Assembly: GCF_006345805.1 (NCBI RefSeq)
Contig: NC_043024.1
Span: forward strand, 10,168,001-10,232,000
From: Octopus sinensis
Lineage: Eukaryota
Length of the DNA stretch: 64,000 bases
Direction of reading: 5' to 3'
This document shows positions 22,609 to 35,467 of this stretch, piece after piece. A program made the position numbers and the translations under genes. Within the stretch, counting starts at the first letter, position 1. The number at the start of each line of letters is the position of its first letter. A model generated the notes under the pieces. It was not told the DNA's origin. It saw nothing but the letters and a program-made list of their open reading frames with translations, and ran no database searches.

Positions 22609-22899
22609 CTGAAATTAAATGTTTAACAATAATTAGAATTATGCTATAATGTTTTAACAATCAGGTTCTGGCATTAACGAGGATAGAATATGTTCTAAGA
22701 ATAATTCATCATCATCATCATCATCATCATCGTTTAACGTCCGTTCTCCATGCTAGCATGGGTTGGACGGTTCGACCGGGGATCTGGGAAGCTAGAAGGC
22801 TGCACCAGGCTCCGGTCTTATCTGGCAATGTTTCTACAGCTGGATGCCCTTCCTAACGCCAACCACTCCGCGAGTGTAGTTATACATACATAATCGTGA

Positions 22900-23228
22900 C
22901 ACTCCGTCGGTTACGACGACGAGGGTCCCAGTTGATCCGATCAACGGAACAGCCTGCTCGTGAAATTAAAGTGAAAGTGGCTGAGCACTCCACAGACACG
23001 TGTACCCTTAACGTAGTTCTCAAGGAGATTCAGCGTGACACAGAGTGTGACAAGGCTGGCCCTTTGAAATACAGGTACAACAGAAACAGGAAGTAAGAGT
23101 GAGAGAAAGTTGTGGTGAAAGAGTACAGCAGGGATCACCACCATCCCCTGCCAGAGCCTCGTGGAGCTTTAGGTGTTTTCGCTCAATAAACACTCACAAC
23201 GCCTGGTCTGAGAATCGAAACCGCGACA
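22900..23228 (-). mobile_element. SINE family C, head-truncated
   Basis: Matches 24971-25351. Confidence 0.8.
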
Positions 23229-23229
23229 C

Positions 23230-23470
23230 TCAAGTCCTCTTGGACTGGAGGTAATCAGCTCAAACATTTCCCTGCTGTTACCAATGCCTCTCTCCCTCTG
23301 TTCGTTATTGAGCACTCTAGGAACAAACTTTGCAGAAATTTTGCACATGCTCAGATCTTCTTGAATAATTCTGTGCACAGTTGTCACACAAACTCCAAAC
23401 TGTATGCTTAAAGACATTGTAGAGACGTGATGGCCTTCATCCAGAGAATTGCGAATTTTCTCAACCAACT
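23230..23470 (-). mobile_element. Tc1/mariner transposase fragment (HTH region)
   Basis: VEKIRNSLDE...TVHRIIQEDLSMCKISAKFVPRVLNNEQR resembles the mariner WVPRxL region. Confidence 0.8.
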
Positions 23471-23631
23471 CTGATATTCTGGAACCCTTCTCCCTCCCAC
23501 ATCACTCATCATCTCTCATCTCCTCTCTACATTGCTTGAACCTTTTGTGCCAGCAAAAAGCAGATGCTCGGCTCATACAAGTGAATCCATAAGCAGCTTG
23601 GGGCACTTTATAGTGTAGCAGACTCTCTCTC

Positions 23632-24571
23632 TGTTATATATACACGAATACGGACGTAGTAGATAACAGCTAGCCTTCGGTCGCACTTTTGCACCCTGTT
23701 GTGTCCACTACTCTGATTGGTTGGTATTGGCGCACTTTTGTCTCTTGCTCTATTACGCACCAATGTGAAACCCAACCAGTCACAACCTTCTGATAAGGTC
23801 ACGAGAGACAGTCTCTTCCAAATATCCGGTGAGCTGATAGAATGGTATACAACGGTAGCTTCAACACCGTCTCGAAGTCAGTCGGTTCCAGGCCTTTTTA
23901 GGTCTAGCCACTGACCACACAGGACATAACCAGTTCCAGCGACAACACACCAGCAGCCACATTGAGACTCAACTTCATCCAGCAGTATTCAGGACCTCCA
24001 TATCTGTCGCCAGCATTCGTCCTAACTTCATCTGTCTACGTACACAGCAACCAGCAAACCTTGCACAGGTTCTATCTCAACACTGTTGTGAATACTTCAC
24101 CATGGTTTAACAACAAACACAACCTGTGAGAACTTCCTGTATCAAGCGACCAGCAGCAGCATAGTAGCCACATCTTATATGACACGTGCCTCAACCGGTT
24201 CTGCATTGTAGCCTCAACTTCTTGTTACAGCACTTCAACTATCGTGTACCTTTGACTACGAACTGGTATTTATCTTCCTTGTGTCTGAACATTCTTCTAA
24301 CGTCCTATTATAGACTCTTTCTATACTCTGTACTTAAAGCACACATTTACACTTTGTACACATGATGGCCTTTTTATTATTATGTATATGTGACACACAG
24401 ACACACATGTTAACATATAAATAAAATCTTCTTTTAAACATTCTACCCGGTTGTGTCTCTCTTTTCCTTCTGGCACTTGTACTCATTCATATTTTTCGAA
24501 TTTATTGTAATCAGCCATGCGGTGTAGTAAAAGGGCCATCCTCGTTACCTCTCCTTCGCACGGTCGTTTAC
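23632..24571 (+). mobile_element. Possible solo LTR
   Basis: TGT...ACA ends, higher GC than flanks, AATAAA near 24419; no TSD seen. Confidence 0.3.
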
Positions 24572-24970
24572 AATAGGTTTCTGTAGTGTTTTGGCCCACT
24601 TTAACACAAGATTTTATTGCGCAGTGAGCCCCTATTATCTGTTATCTGTGACTAGCAGTGTTTAGTAGAGTGTGTCAAAAGTGCTGTTTGAGCTGTCTCC
24701 TTCAATCTGGTATAAAAAAGCTCTTTAGTAGGTCAGCTTGTTAGATGTACCATAATGAGATACTAAAATTACAATAATCTAGAACTAGTACTGGATTAAT
24801 CATTAAGTGAAATAAGCGCGTGCTTTCGGCATCAAGAGAAGGAGGGGGCATCACAGAAATGGTAAATGGTTTATGGCACAAAAAAAATCACTTTTAACTT
24901 GCTAAAATAATATACGAGATCTCTTTATCTCTACTAAATATAGATGCAGATGTGTTACTTAAGATTGGAA

Positions 24971-25351
24971 GCACTCCGTCGGTTACGACGATGAGGGCTC
25001 CGGTTGATCCGAATCAATGGAGTAGCCTGCTCGTGAAATTAACGTGTAAGTGGCTGAGCACTCCACAGACACGTGTACCCTTAACGTAGTTCTCAGGGCT
25101 ATTCAGCGTGACACAGAGAGTGACAAGGCCGGCCCTTTTGAAATACATGTACAACAGAAACAGGAAGTAAGAGTGAGAGAAAGTTGTGGTGAAAGAGTAC
25201 AGCAGGGATCACCACAATCCCCTGCCGGAGCCTCGTGGAGCTTTAGGTGTTTTCGCTCAATAAACACTCACAACGCCCGGTCTGGGAATTGAAACCGCGA
25301 TCCTATGACCGCGAGTCCGCTGCCCTAACCACTGGGCCATTGCGCCTCCAC
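24971..25351 (-). mobile_element. tRNA-derived SINE family C
   Basis: Head TGGAGGCGCAATGGCCCAGTGGTTAGGGCAGCGGACTCGCGG...GTTTCAATTCC; further copies at 29090-29450, 36017-36381, 44798-45170. Confidence 0.85.
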
Positions 25352-25508
25352 ACTTAAGATTACTGTACAAACCAACAGCAACAGCACGGACAATGCTAAG
25401 ATTACAAATGAAAAGGGGACACCAATTTGGAGACACGAAACTAAATGAAAAGGGGACACCAGTTTGAAGGCACAAAACTAAATGAAGGAATTAAAAGAAC
25501 ATTCTTAC

Positions 25509-25604
25509 CTGGGATTGTGTTGTCTAAAACAAACCCAATAAAACCTCCGACAAACATATTGGAACCCAGTAGAACTCCAAGAACTTGGTCCAGTTCAGCA
25601 TTTC
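25509..25604 (-). CDS. SLC23-like: SLC23-like coding exon 12
   Basis: tctcag|[34 protein letters not shown]|gtaaga. Confidence 0.95.
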
Positions 25605-26385
25605 CTGAGAAAATAAGAATTTCAGAACTGAAATCTGTTAATCTTTGGATGATGGATTTTGGTAAAATTGATAATCTGAGGTTTAATATAATTAAGGGGC
25701 TGGAATATGTTAACTAGATATATATATGGAATATGAGAGAGTGAGTGAAAGAGAGAGAGAGAAAGAGAGAGAGGGAGCGAGGGGAGAGAGGGCGAGCGGG
25801 GAGAGAGGGAGAGAGAGACAGAGAGAGAGAGAGAGACTGATAGGCAGACTGGAAACAGTCAGACAGATACATAGGTATATAGATAGATAGATAGATAAGT
25901 TTCTTTATTGGCCACACAGGGCTGCACACAGATGGGACAAATTACAAGGTAGAGCTTTTCTTTTGGGGATGAAAAAAAAAGTGGCGTAGGTTTTCGATCA
26001 AAAGGGATCGTAAAAGGGAAAAAAGAACAAAAAGAAAGAAAAGAAAAAAAGGAAAAAAAAAAGAAAAAGGGAAAAGGAACAAAAGAAAAGAAAAAAGAAA
26101 AAGAGGAAAAAAGGGGGAAGAGGAAAAAACGATCAATAGGGATCGTGTATCACAGTGTCATGATGTACGGTGTAAAGGGGGAAGCAGATAAGGTTTATCA
26201 GTGGGAAGAAAAGCCTACGAAAAAGACCACGGTAACCTCGGTCAATATTGTTATATGTTACCACATTTGTTTGCAAGTGGGTAACCCTCTGTTTTCAATT
26301 TCTGGGTTCATAGGATTATTGATAGATAGGTAGGTAGATATATAGATAGATAGATAGATAGATAGATTGATAGATAGATAGATAT

Positions 26386-26439
<54 letters not shown>

Positions 26440-26639
26440 TGATAGATGCATATATATACACACATACATACATACATATATGCATACATACATACATACA
26501 TACATGGATAGATAGGTAAGTATGCATACATTGTTGACAGGTGTGTAAGATCTACCAGTATTTGGTGTCTCACCTGCATTAATGCAACATCTACCTGTAT
26601 AAATGCATAATCACACCTGTTTTGATGCAATTTTCTCAC

Positions 26640-26783
26640 CTGTATTAATGTCAGCTTGATTTGCCTGAATCCATAAGGGCAGAGATAATCCAACAAACAA
26701 GGAGACTCCAAGAATCATCAAATTCCGGGAAGATTCTAAATTAATGTGTTGTAAATTGGAAAGACCGACAGCAGCTACCATTC
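26640..26783 (-). CDS. SLC23-like: SLC23-like coding exon 11
   Basis: ccacag|GA MVAAVGLSNLQHINLESSRNLMILGVSLFVGLSLPLWIQANQADINT G|gtgaga. Confidence 0.96.
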
Positions 26784-26819
26784 CTGTGGAAGAAACACAC
26801 ATATATATATACATATATA

Positions 26820-27219
26820 CTAGCAGTATCGCCCGGCGTTGCTCGAGTTTGTAAGGGAAATAACTATATAAGCATTTTTAGAGAGTTATAGCCAAAAAAT
26901 AGCAAAAAATGCATTAAAAATGGAAAAAAAATGATGGTTAATTATTTTTTAAATCGTTGACTCATCGTAGACATTTTTAGAGAGTTACTTCCCTTATATA
27001 AACAGAGCCAAAAATGCATTAAAATGGAAAAAAAATGATGGTAAATTATTTTTAAAATCGTAGACTCATCATAGACGCGCGCTAATGCCCAGATGGGCTC
27101 GATATGAATCACGACTATAAGATACCCGGTTTTGGTTAAACTGCACCGCAAAATGTGGGAGTAGTTAGGAATCTAAATCGTAGGAGACAGACACACAACT
27201 TCACTTTTATATATAAAGA
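26820..27219 (-). mobile_element. Non-autonomous Helitron-like element with internal duplication
   Basis: A|TCTTTATATATAAAAG...CTCGAGCAACGCCGGGCGATACTG-CTAG|T. Confidence 0.78.
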
Positions 27220-27225
27220 TATATA

Positions 27226-27440
27226 CAAATATGAGAGAGAATCCACTATGTGGACGCTCTTACGCTAGAGATAGATTCGCAAGGGTTTGAACCACTAAGA
27301 ATTGTTCTCGAGAAAAATTTAGTACACTAAGAACGTAAGCGTGCTAAATTTTTCTTGAGAACAATTCTTAGTGGTTGAGACCCTTGCGGATCTATCTCTA
27401 GCGTAAGAGCGTCCACCTTGTGGATTCTCTCTCATATTTG
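27226..27440. repeat. 215-nt near-perfect palindrome
   Basis: ~100-nt arms, loop 27326-27340. Confidence 0.92.
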
Positions 27441-27926
27441 TGTATTGATAATATTTACTGAATCTCAGTTTTTTATGCGCTAGGCCACTGGTGTTTAAAT
27501 TGATGTTATTGAATTAATATCCAATTTTTTCACCCTCATTTTGACTTTAATTATATATATATATAATTATATATAGTTCATTGCTAAACCTCGCTAAGAT
27601 AAATATTTCAATTAACCTGAAGATTGACTGTAACCATAACTCGAATTATTACGAATTGTACAGCCATGAAACGATTGTAGTGTTTTACTCTTTATCTTTT
27701 ATTAAACTTTTAATACTTTTGATATATATTTAAAATAAAATAGATTAATTAATTTTATGTATTGGCTTATGTTTTTCATTGTTTGATTTGCCTAATAGTG
27801 GTTTTATCTCTAATATAATATCATATAATATAATATAATATATTTTACTATAAAATTGGATTTAATCCTAAATCTGAATTTTCCCTGTAAGTTTGGATTT
27901 ATTCCCTAATATTATTATATATATAT

Positions 27927-27969
<43 letters not shown>

Positions 27970-29906
27970 ACTATATCGATTACCTTTTTATTTTTTTATT
28001 TGTTCCAGTCAGTAGACTGTGGCCGTGCTGGGGCACTGCTTTGTTTGTAGAATTTTAGTTAAACGAATTGACCAAGGTACTTATCATCGATTTTCTTTTC
28101 CTGTTAGTCACATATGCCGGACCATTAATTTACGGCAGTGGAATACACACACACACACACAAATAATACATAAAAAAATACATATATATGCATATATACA
28201 TACGTATATGTACATACATCAATACGTATATATATATATAATAATTTAATAAATAAAATATATGCATACATACATACCTATATGTACGTACCTACATCTA
28301 CATGTATATATACATGCATATATATATATATAAATATATGAGTACAGGACACCACAAATAAACGTAGAACTCAATGAGAAACGAAAACATAAAACCAAAC
28401 TAGGAAACGGACTTTTTTTAACAACGAAGAAACAGAGTACAAGACAAACAATACAAGGAATATTCCCCTTCATCAGCTGTCCCTGGTTCGACTCAATGCG
28501 TGTTTCGAAGGTAAGAACAGAACTGTTATAACGATAAATGCTGGTCTATAATTTTTTCAAGGTGTTTTCATAAAGGCTGTTGAACTCAACTGAAATTAGT
28601 AGTGGCAGAATTAATTCATTAAGGCTCCATACATGGTGAGTTGTTGTTTGTTCATTCCCAAGCCATGCTCGGCTCATAAGGGCCGGTTTCCCGGTTTCTT
28701 GGCGTATAGGTTCCCCACCTGGACGGGACGTCGGTCCGTCGCAGGTGAACTGCAAGATGCAGGAGGAAAGAGTGAGAGAAAGTCGTGGCGAAAGAGTCAG
28801 CAGAAGTTCGGCATTACCCTCTGCCGGAGCCGCGTGGAGCTTAGGTGTTTCGCTCATAAACACACACACATCGTCCGGTCTGAGATTCGAACCCGCGATT
28901 CCTCGACCTCGAGTCCGCTGCTCTAACCACTAGGCCATGTGCCTCCACCATACACGGTGAGGGAAGGAGATAAAGTAGAAGACAAAAGGAGGAAGGAGTG
29001 GAGAGAAATGTGGAGACTGTGATGACATGGTATGTCAAGAGTTATCACATCATAATATTGACCAGACATCAAATGCTGTTATGGATGGAAGCACTCCGTC
29101 GGTTACTACGATGAGGGTTCCGGTTGATCCGAATCAACGGAACAGCCTGCTCGTGGAATTAACGTGTAAGTGGCTGAGCACTCCACAGACACGTGCACCC
29201 TTAACGTAGTTCTCGGGGATATTCAGCGTAACACAGAGAGTGACAAGGCCGGCCCCTTGAAATACAGGTACAACAGAAACAGGAAGTAAGAGTGAGAGAA
29301 AGTTGTGGTGAAAGAGTACAGCAGGGATCACCACCATCCCCTGTCGGAGCCTCGTGGAGCTTTTAGGTGTTTTCGCTCAATAAACACTCACAACGCCCGG
29401 TCTGGGAATCGAAACCGCGAGTCCGCTGCCCTAACCACTGGGCCATTGCGCTGTTATACACCACAGGTCATTGTGTTCCGAATTCTGTCTTGATTGCTCC
29501 ATTCATTCTATCTTGACCCAAATCGTCAAGAGTTATAGATATATTCAAACCGCAACTGACCTCAGTGAACATAAAAAAATAATATACGTAAGTTTTATGT
29601 CATTTAAAGCAGGAGTGACAGATTTTAGGTCAGAACGATTAAATTGACTGACAGGTAATGTCAAGGACGATATAAAATAAATGGACAGAAATCAGACAAA
29701 TTTTCAGGTTTTAATTAGAAAGGCTTCAAAAAGAAAATCAAATAGAACTGTTAATGAGTAACAAGATAAAACCTGCACTGATAAAATAATTTTTAAAATA
29801 ATTGAATTTGATTAGACACTAGGAAAACCTGATGGAATTATGTGTAGCATAATTTCCTTAAATTGAGAGAGGCTTATGTAATCCTGTTTGAATATTCTCC
29901 AAATAG

Positions 29907-30288
29907 TGGAGGCGCAATGGCCCAGTGGTTAGGGCAGCGGACTCGCGGTCGTAGGAGCGCGGTTTCGATTCCTAGACCGGGCGTTGTGAGTGTTTATTGA
30001 GCGAAAACACCTAAAAGCTCCACGAGGCTCCGGCAGCGGATGGTGGTGATCCTGCTGTACTCTTTCACCACAACTTTCTCTCACTCTTACTTCCTGTTTT
30101 GTTTGTACCTGTATTTCAAAGGGCCAGCCTTGTCACTCTCTGTGTCACGCTGAATATCCCGAGAACTACGTTAAGGGTACATGTGTCTGTGGAGTGCTCA
30201 GCCACTTACACGTTAATTTCACGAGCAGGCTCTTCCGTTGATCGGATCAACCGGAACCCTCGTCGTCGTAACCGACGGAGTGCTTCCA
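29907..30288 (+). mobile_element. SINE family C, full length with TSD
   Basis: 12-bp duplication ATTCTCCAAATA at 29894-29905 and 30289-30300. Confidence 0.9.
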
Positions 30289-30574
30289 ATTCTCCAAATA
30301 TTTTAAATAGGTTTACTAGATACCGTAAATCCTCGAGTATAATCCGCATTTTTTTCGCAAAATTTAAAGGTCAAAATCCCTAGAGCGTACTATATACGAG
30401 GTTAAAAGTGAAAAATATTTTCTAAGCAATGTCCGTGTCTCTATTTGCTGTCCGGCAATGTTTATTCAGACGCATTTTGTGATGTCGGTGGCGAAAATAC
30501 CTTAAGCTAAGCCTGAAAGCAATGAAGTCATAAAAGAATCATCCATAACTTGCAGTAAGCAACATTACTATTTC

Positions 30575-30990
30575 TTATTTCTTCATTGCCCACAAGGGGC
30601 TAAAGACAGAGGGGACAAAGAAGGACAGACAAAGGAATTAATTTGATTACATCGACCCCAGTGTGTAACTGGTACTTAATTTATCGACCCTGAAATGATG
30701 ACAGGCAAAGTCGACCTCGGCGGAATTTGAACTGAGAACGTAGCGGTAGACGAAATACTTATTTCTTTACTGCCCACAAGGGGCTAAACATAGATGGGAC
30801 AAACAAGGACAGACAAACGGATTAAGTCGATTATATCGACCCCAGTGCGTAACTGGTACTTATTTAATCGACCCCGAAAGGATGAAAGGCAAAGTCGACC
30901 TCGGCGGAATTTGAACTCAGAATGTAACGGCAGACGAAATACGGCTTCGCATTTCGCCCGGCGTGCTAAGGTTTCTGCCAGCTCGCCACC
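30575..30990 (-). mobile_element. SINE family A dimer
   Basis: Same unit as 313-1275, with similar junction. Confidence 0.8.
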
Positions 30991-31021
30991 TTCATCATAC
31001 TATTTTCCTCATCATTTATAA

Positions 31022-31075
<54 letters not shown>

Positions 31076-31142
31076 AGACACACACACAGACACACACACA
31101 AAGAGCAAAATAGAGAGAGAGAGCGCAAAAAAGAGGACTCAC

Positions 31143-31272
31143 CAAACATCATAAGGAACATTCCTCCAACAATTGGGTCTGGCATTGTGACCAATAAAAT
31201 GCCAAACTTTCCAAAACATCCCAAAACCATCATTATGATTCCGCTCGTGAGGATGACAATTCGGCTGGCGAT
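31143..31272 (-). CDS. SLC23-like: SLC23-like coding exon 10
   Basis: ttacag|IASRIVILTSGIIMMVLGCFGKFGILLVTMPDPIVGGMFLMMF G|gtgagt. Confidence 0.96.
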
Positions 31273-31326
31273 CTGTAAGAAGACAGGGTATAATAGACCG
31301 GATGTGTGTGTGTGTGTGTGTTTCCA

Positions 31327-31800
31327 AAACCTCAGTTCAAGAGAAAATATTTAATATAGGCTCAGGAGTGGTTGTGTGGTAAGTAGCTTGCTAATCAACC
31401 ACATGGTTCCGGGTTCAAAACCTCAGTTCAAGAGAAAATATTTAATATAGGCTCAGGAGTGGTTGTGTGGTAAGTAGCTTGTTTACCAACCACATGGTTC
31501 CGGGTTCAAAACCTCAGTTCAAGAGAAAATATTTAATATAGGCTCAGGAGTGGTGTGTGGTAAGTAGCTTGTTTACCAGCCACCTGGTTCGGGTTCAGTC
31601 CCACTGCGTGGCCCCTCGGGCAAGTGTCTCCTGCTATAGCCTCGTGCCGACCAAAGCCTTGTGAGTGGATTTGGTCGACGGAAACTGAAAGAAGCCCGTT
31701 GTATATATGTATATATATATAATCATATATAGTGGTTGATACCATAGCGGATCTATTTTTAGCGCAAGAGTCGACCATATAGTGGTCACTCTCTTATATT

Positions 31801-31882
<82 letters not shown>

Positions 31883-32125
31883 GTGTGTGTGTGTGTGTGT
31901 TTGTGTGTCTGTGTTTGTCTCCCCAACATCGCTTGACAACCGATGCTGGTGTGTTTATGTCCCCGTCACATAGCGGTTCGGCAAAAGAAACCGATAGAAT
32001 AAGTACTGGGCTTACAAAAGAATAAGTCCCGGCGGGGTCGAGTTGCTCGATTAAAGGCGGTGCTCCAGCATGGCCGCAGTCAAATGACTGAAACAATTAA
32101 AAGAGTAAAAGAGAGTAAAAGAATG
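31327..32125 (+). mobile_element. SINE family B with a triplicated flank+head segment
   Basis: AAAACCTCAGTTCAAGAGAAAATATTTAATATAGGCTCAGGAGTGG occurs three times at ~91-nt spacing. Confidence 0.8.
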
Positions 32126-32151
32126 TGTCAGAGAATTGATCCCGTACAAAC

Positions 32152-32255
32152 CTTTGTGATGCCAATTGTCCCAATATTTTCACTGTAAGATGTGACGCCG
32201 CTGCTCCCTCCGATGGCACCGGCCAACAGACAGCCGATCCCTTCTACACCAATTC
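32152..32255 (-). CDS. SLC23-like: SLC23-like coding exon 9 (NAT signature)
   Basis: ttcaaag|GA IGVEGIGCLLAGAIGGSSGVTSYSENIGTIGITK|gtttgt. Confidence 0.96.
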
Positions 32256-32711
32256 CTTTGAATAAATACAATATCATAAATAACAGAAAGTGTGCAGAGA
32301 GAGTAATAATAACAAAGCAAATAAAGGATTTATCGATGTGGCAGATACCAGCGTCGCCTGACTGGCTTCTGTGCCAGTGGTATGTAAAAAGCACGAACCG
32401 ATTGTGGCCGTTTGCCAGCCTGCTCTGGCTCCTGTGCCGGTGACATGTAAAAAGCACCGTCCGAACGTGGGCTTCTGTGCCAGTGGCATGTAAAAAAACC
32501 CAACCGATCGTGGCCGTTTGCCAGCCTGCTCTGGCTCCTGTGCCGGTGGCATGTAAAAAACATCCACTACACTCACTGAGTGGTTGTCATTAGGAAGGGC
32601 ATCCAGCTGTAGAAACACTGCCAGATCAGACTAGAGCCTGGTGCAGCCTTCTGGCTTCCCAGACCCCGGTCGAACCGTCCAACCCATGCTAGCATGGAGA
32701 ACGGACGTTAA

Positions 32712-32749
<38 letters not shown>

Positions 32750-33619
32750 CACGGCTTTCTTTCGTTTTGATTCTTGGCTCTCCAAGACCAAATCCCTCTC
32801 AGGTCAACGTTTGTCCTTCATTTTTCAGGGTCGATAAAAAATCCCAATGCATGACACTGAATTGGTGGGACTATATATGAACGTAGAATCGGGTACCTTG
32901 TAGTGTTTGTTTGTCCCGGTTCTTTATGAACTGAGTTCAAATCCCACAACATCCTACTTTGATGGTAGAGTCGATCCGGCTTGAGATTTAGCACCACAGT
33001 CTGGGGCCTTGGGTCCCTTTAGAGGAGCCTACATTTTTATAACTATTCAGGTCGGGTGTTCGGTTTGGTTTGAGGAAGCCATCCCCTTCAATCTCCCCCT
33101 CCCTTCCCTTTCACAACTCCCACCCTTCCTTTCTTCCTTCCTTCCTTCCTTCCTTCCTTCCTATCTTCCTCCCTTCCTTCCTTCCTTCCTTCCTTCCTTC
33201 CTTCCTTCCTTCCTTCCTTCCTTCCTTCCTTCCTTCCTTCCTTCCTTCCTTCCTCCCTCCCTTCCTTCCGCCGTTATCCGTGCACCTCATGAATTATTAT
33301 CAGCTTGGCAGGCATCAGCACACACCAGGATTTCTATAAACAAAAGGGCGTAGTTCTATACGACCAGGTACCACTGTCTAAGGAAATGCGTAAGGTTGGT
33401 TGTATAATGAATACATACTATCTAATGGAAGATGTTCTCCGAATACGTAAAACAACAGCGATCAGCACATTTACGTCCGAACCTACCAGAATGTACAGTG
33501 AATGGATACGTTATTGTTTGGGGGTGTTGCTGTTGTCTTTGTACCTCATAAATTATCATCAGTTTGGCAGACATCACACATCAGGATTTCTATAAAGAAG
33601 AGCTCGTACTTTTATATGG

Positions 33620-33960
33620 TGAAGGCGCATGGCTCAGTGGTTAGAGTGTCAAGCTTACGATCGAGAGGTTGTGAGTTCAAATCCCGGACCGGGCTGCGTG
33701 TTTTGTTCTTGAGCAAGACACTTTATTTCACATTGCTTCCAGTTCACTCAGCTGTAGAAATGGGTTGTGATGTCACTGGTGCCAAGCTGTATCGGCCCCT
33801 TTTGCTTTTCCATTGGATAACACTGGTAGCGTCGAGAGGGGAGGCTGGTATGCATGGGCGACTGCTGGTCTCCCATAAACAAACTTGCCTGGACTTGTGC
33901 CTCGGAGGGTAACTTTCTACGTGCTATCCCGTGGTCAGTCATGACCGAAGGGGGTCTCAG
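33620..33960 (+). mobile_element. tRNA-derived SINE family E
   Basis: GGCGCATGGCTCAGTGGTTAGAG...GAGTTCAAATCCC head plus CTTGAGCAAGACACTT body; second copy near 45340-45600. Confidence 0.75.
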
Positions 33961-34443
33961 CTGAACTTTTATATGAGTCATCGGTACGACGTGGTAGCAT
34001 TGACTGAGGACACGCATAATAAGGTCAACTGTATTATGAACACAAGCCGTCTAACGAGAGGAGATGTTCTCTGAAGACGTAAAACAACAACCATCAGCAT
34101 ATTCACTTCCGAACCTGCCATAACGTACAGCAAATGACTAGGTACGTAATTGCTACATAAATATTGTCACAAGTTTATAATTGTCCGTGTGTCTCTACGA
34201 TGGCTGTGGTGATGTCTGAGTTGTGTTTCTTTGTGTCTGATCTTTCAATTTACTTAACAAACGGGTATCAATAAAATAAGGGTCAGTTTGAAATGGGTAC
34301 TGGAATTAGTGATAAAAGATTGAAAAATCTTACCCAACACTTCTAGGTGGTGCTCCAGCATGGCCACAGCTCAATGGCCGAAGCAAGTAAAAGAACAAAA
34401 GAGTAATAAGAAATATGAGAAAAATGAAATGTTTGATATTTAC

Positions 34444-34593
34444 CCCTGTTGATGGCGTGGGCTGGAGGTGGCGGGGCTCCAGATATGCGTGCGCATGCGT
34501 AGTAATCTCCAATGGATTCAATCATTGACACCAAAACGCCAGACATCATACCAAGAACTCCTCCAAGACTCACCGTTGGTACCCCCCACTGAC
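34444..34593 (-). CDS. SLC23-like: SLC23-like coding exon 8
   Basis: tttcag|[52 protein letters not shown]|gtaaat. Confidence 0.97.
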
Positions 34594-34609
34594 CTGAAAT
34601 GGAATTTTC

Positions 34610-34640
<31 letters not shown>

Positions 34641-34738
34641 ATACATATATATAGCGGTGCATGTAGCCTTTTGTCTTATATATGAATATAATATATATAT
34701 ATATATATATATAGCGACGCACGTACCCTTTTGTCTTA

Positions 34739-34797
<59 letters not shown>

Positions 34798-35075
34798 TCA
34801 TCATCATCATCATCATCATCGTTTAACGTCCGCTTTCCATGCTAGCATGGGTTGGACGGTTCAACTGGGGTCTGGCAAGCCCGAAGGCTGCACCAGGCCA
34901 GTCAGATCTGGCAGTGTTTCTACAGCTGGATGCCCTTCCTAACGCCAACCACTCCGAGAGTGTAGTGGGTGATTTTATGTGCCACCGACACAGGTGCCAG
35001 ACGAGCTGGCAGACGGCCACGCTCGGATGGTGTTTTTTATGTGCCACCGGCACAGGTGCCAGACGAGGCTGGCTG

Positions 35076-35124
<49 letters not shown>

Positions 35125-35276
35125 GGTTCAGCAAAGATTTGCTTTATCACATACCGAAGTTTAGAAATAGCAGCCAAAAAACCTTACCTATTTCTTCTAC
35201 TTTAAAAAGTGACTCCCAGAAAAACCCAAATACTTGAATTAATTATTTTACCCATTGTTATTATATATATTATATA

Positions 35277-35318
<42 letters not shown>

Positions 35319-35429
35319 ATATATATATATATATATATTATATATTATAATATATATATATATATATATGCTAGCTTCTGCACGCATTTTATTCTCTCCT
35401 TGTTTCTCTCCGTGTTTCTTTTTTGTGTA

Positions 35430-35467
35430 TCTTTCTGTCGAAGAGCGTAGGCTCGAAACGTAAAAGA
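35430..35467 (+). ncRNA. Minimal hammerhead-like motif, A6U variant
   Basis: TCTTT-CTGTCGA-A-GAGC GTAG GCTC-GAAAC-GTA|AAAGA; palindromic ACGT helix III. Confidence 0.45.

Noticed and set aside
28455-28520. Minus-strand GAAAC...GTC...CTGATGAAGG as a type II hammerhead (similar at ~54985)
   Set aside because: No helix I can form between GTC and CTGATGA; helix III is poor
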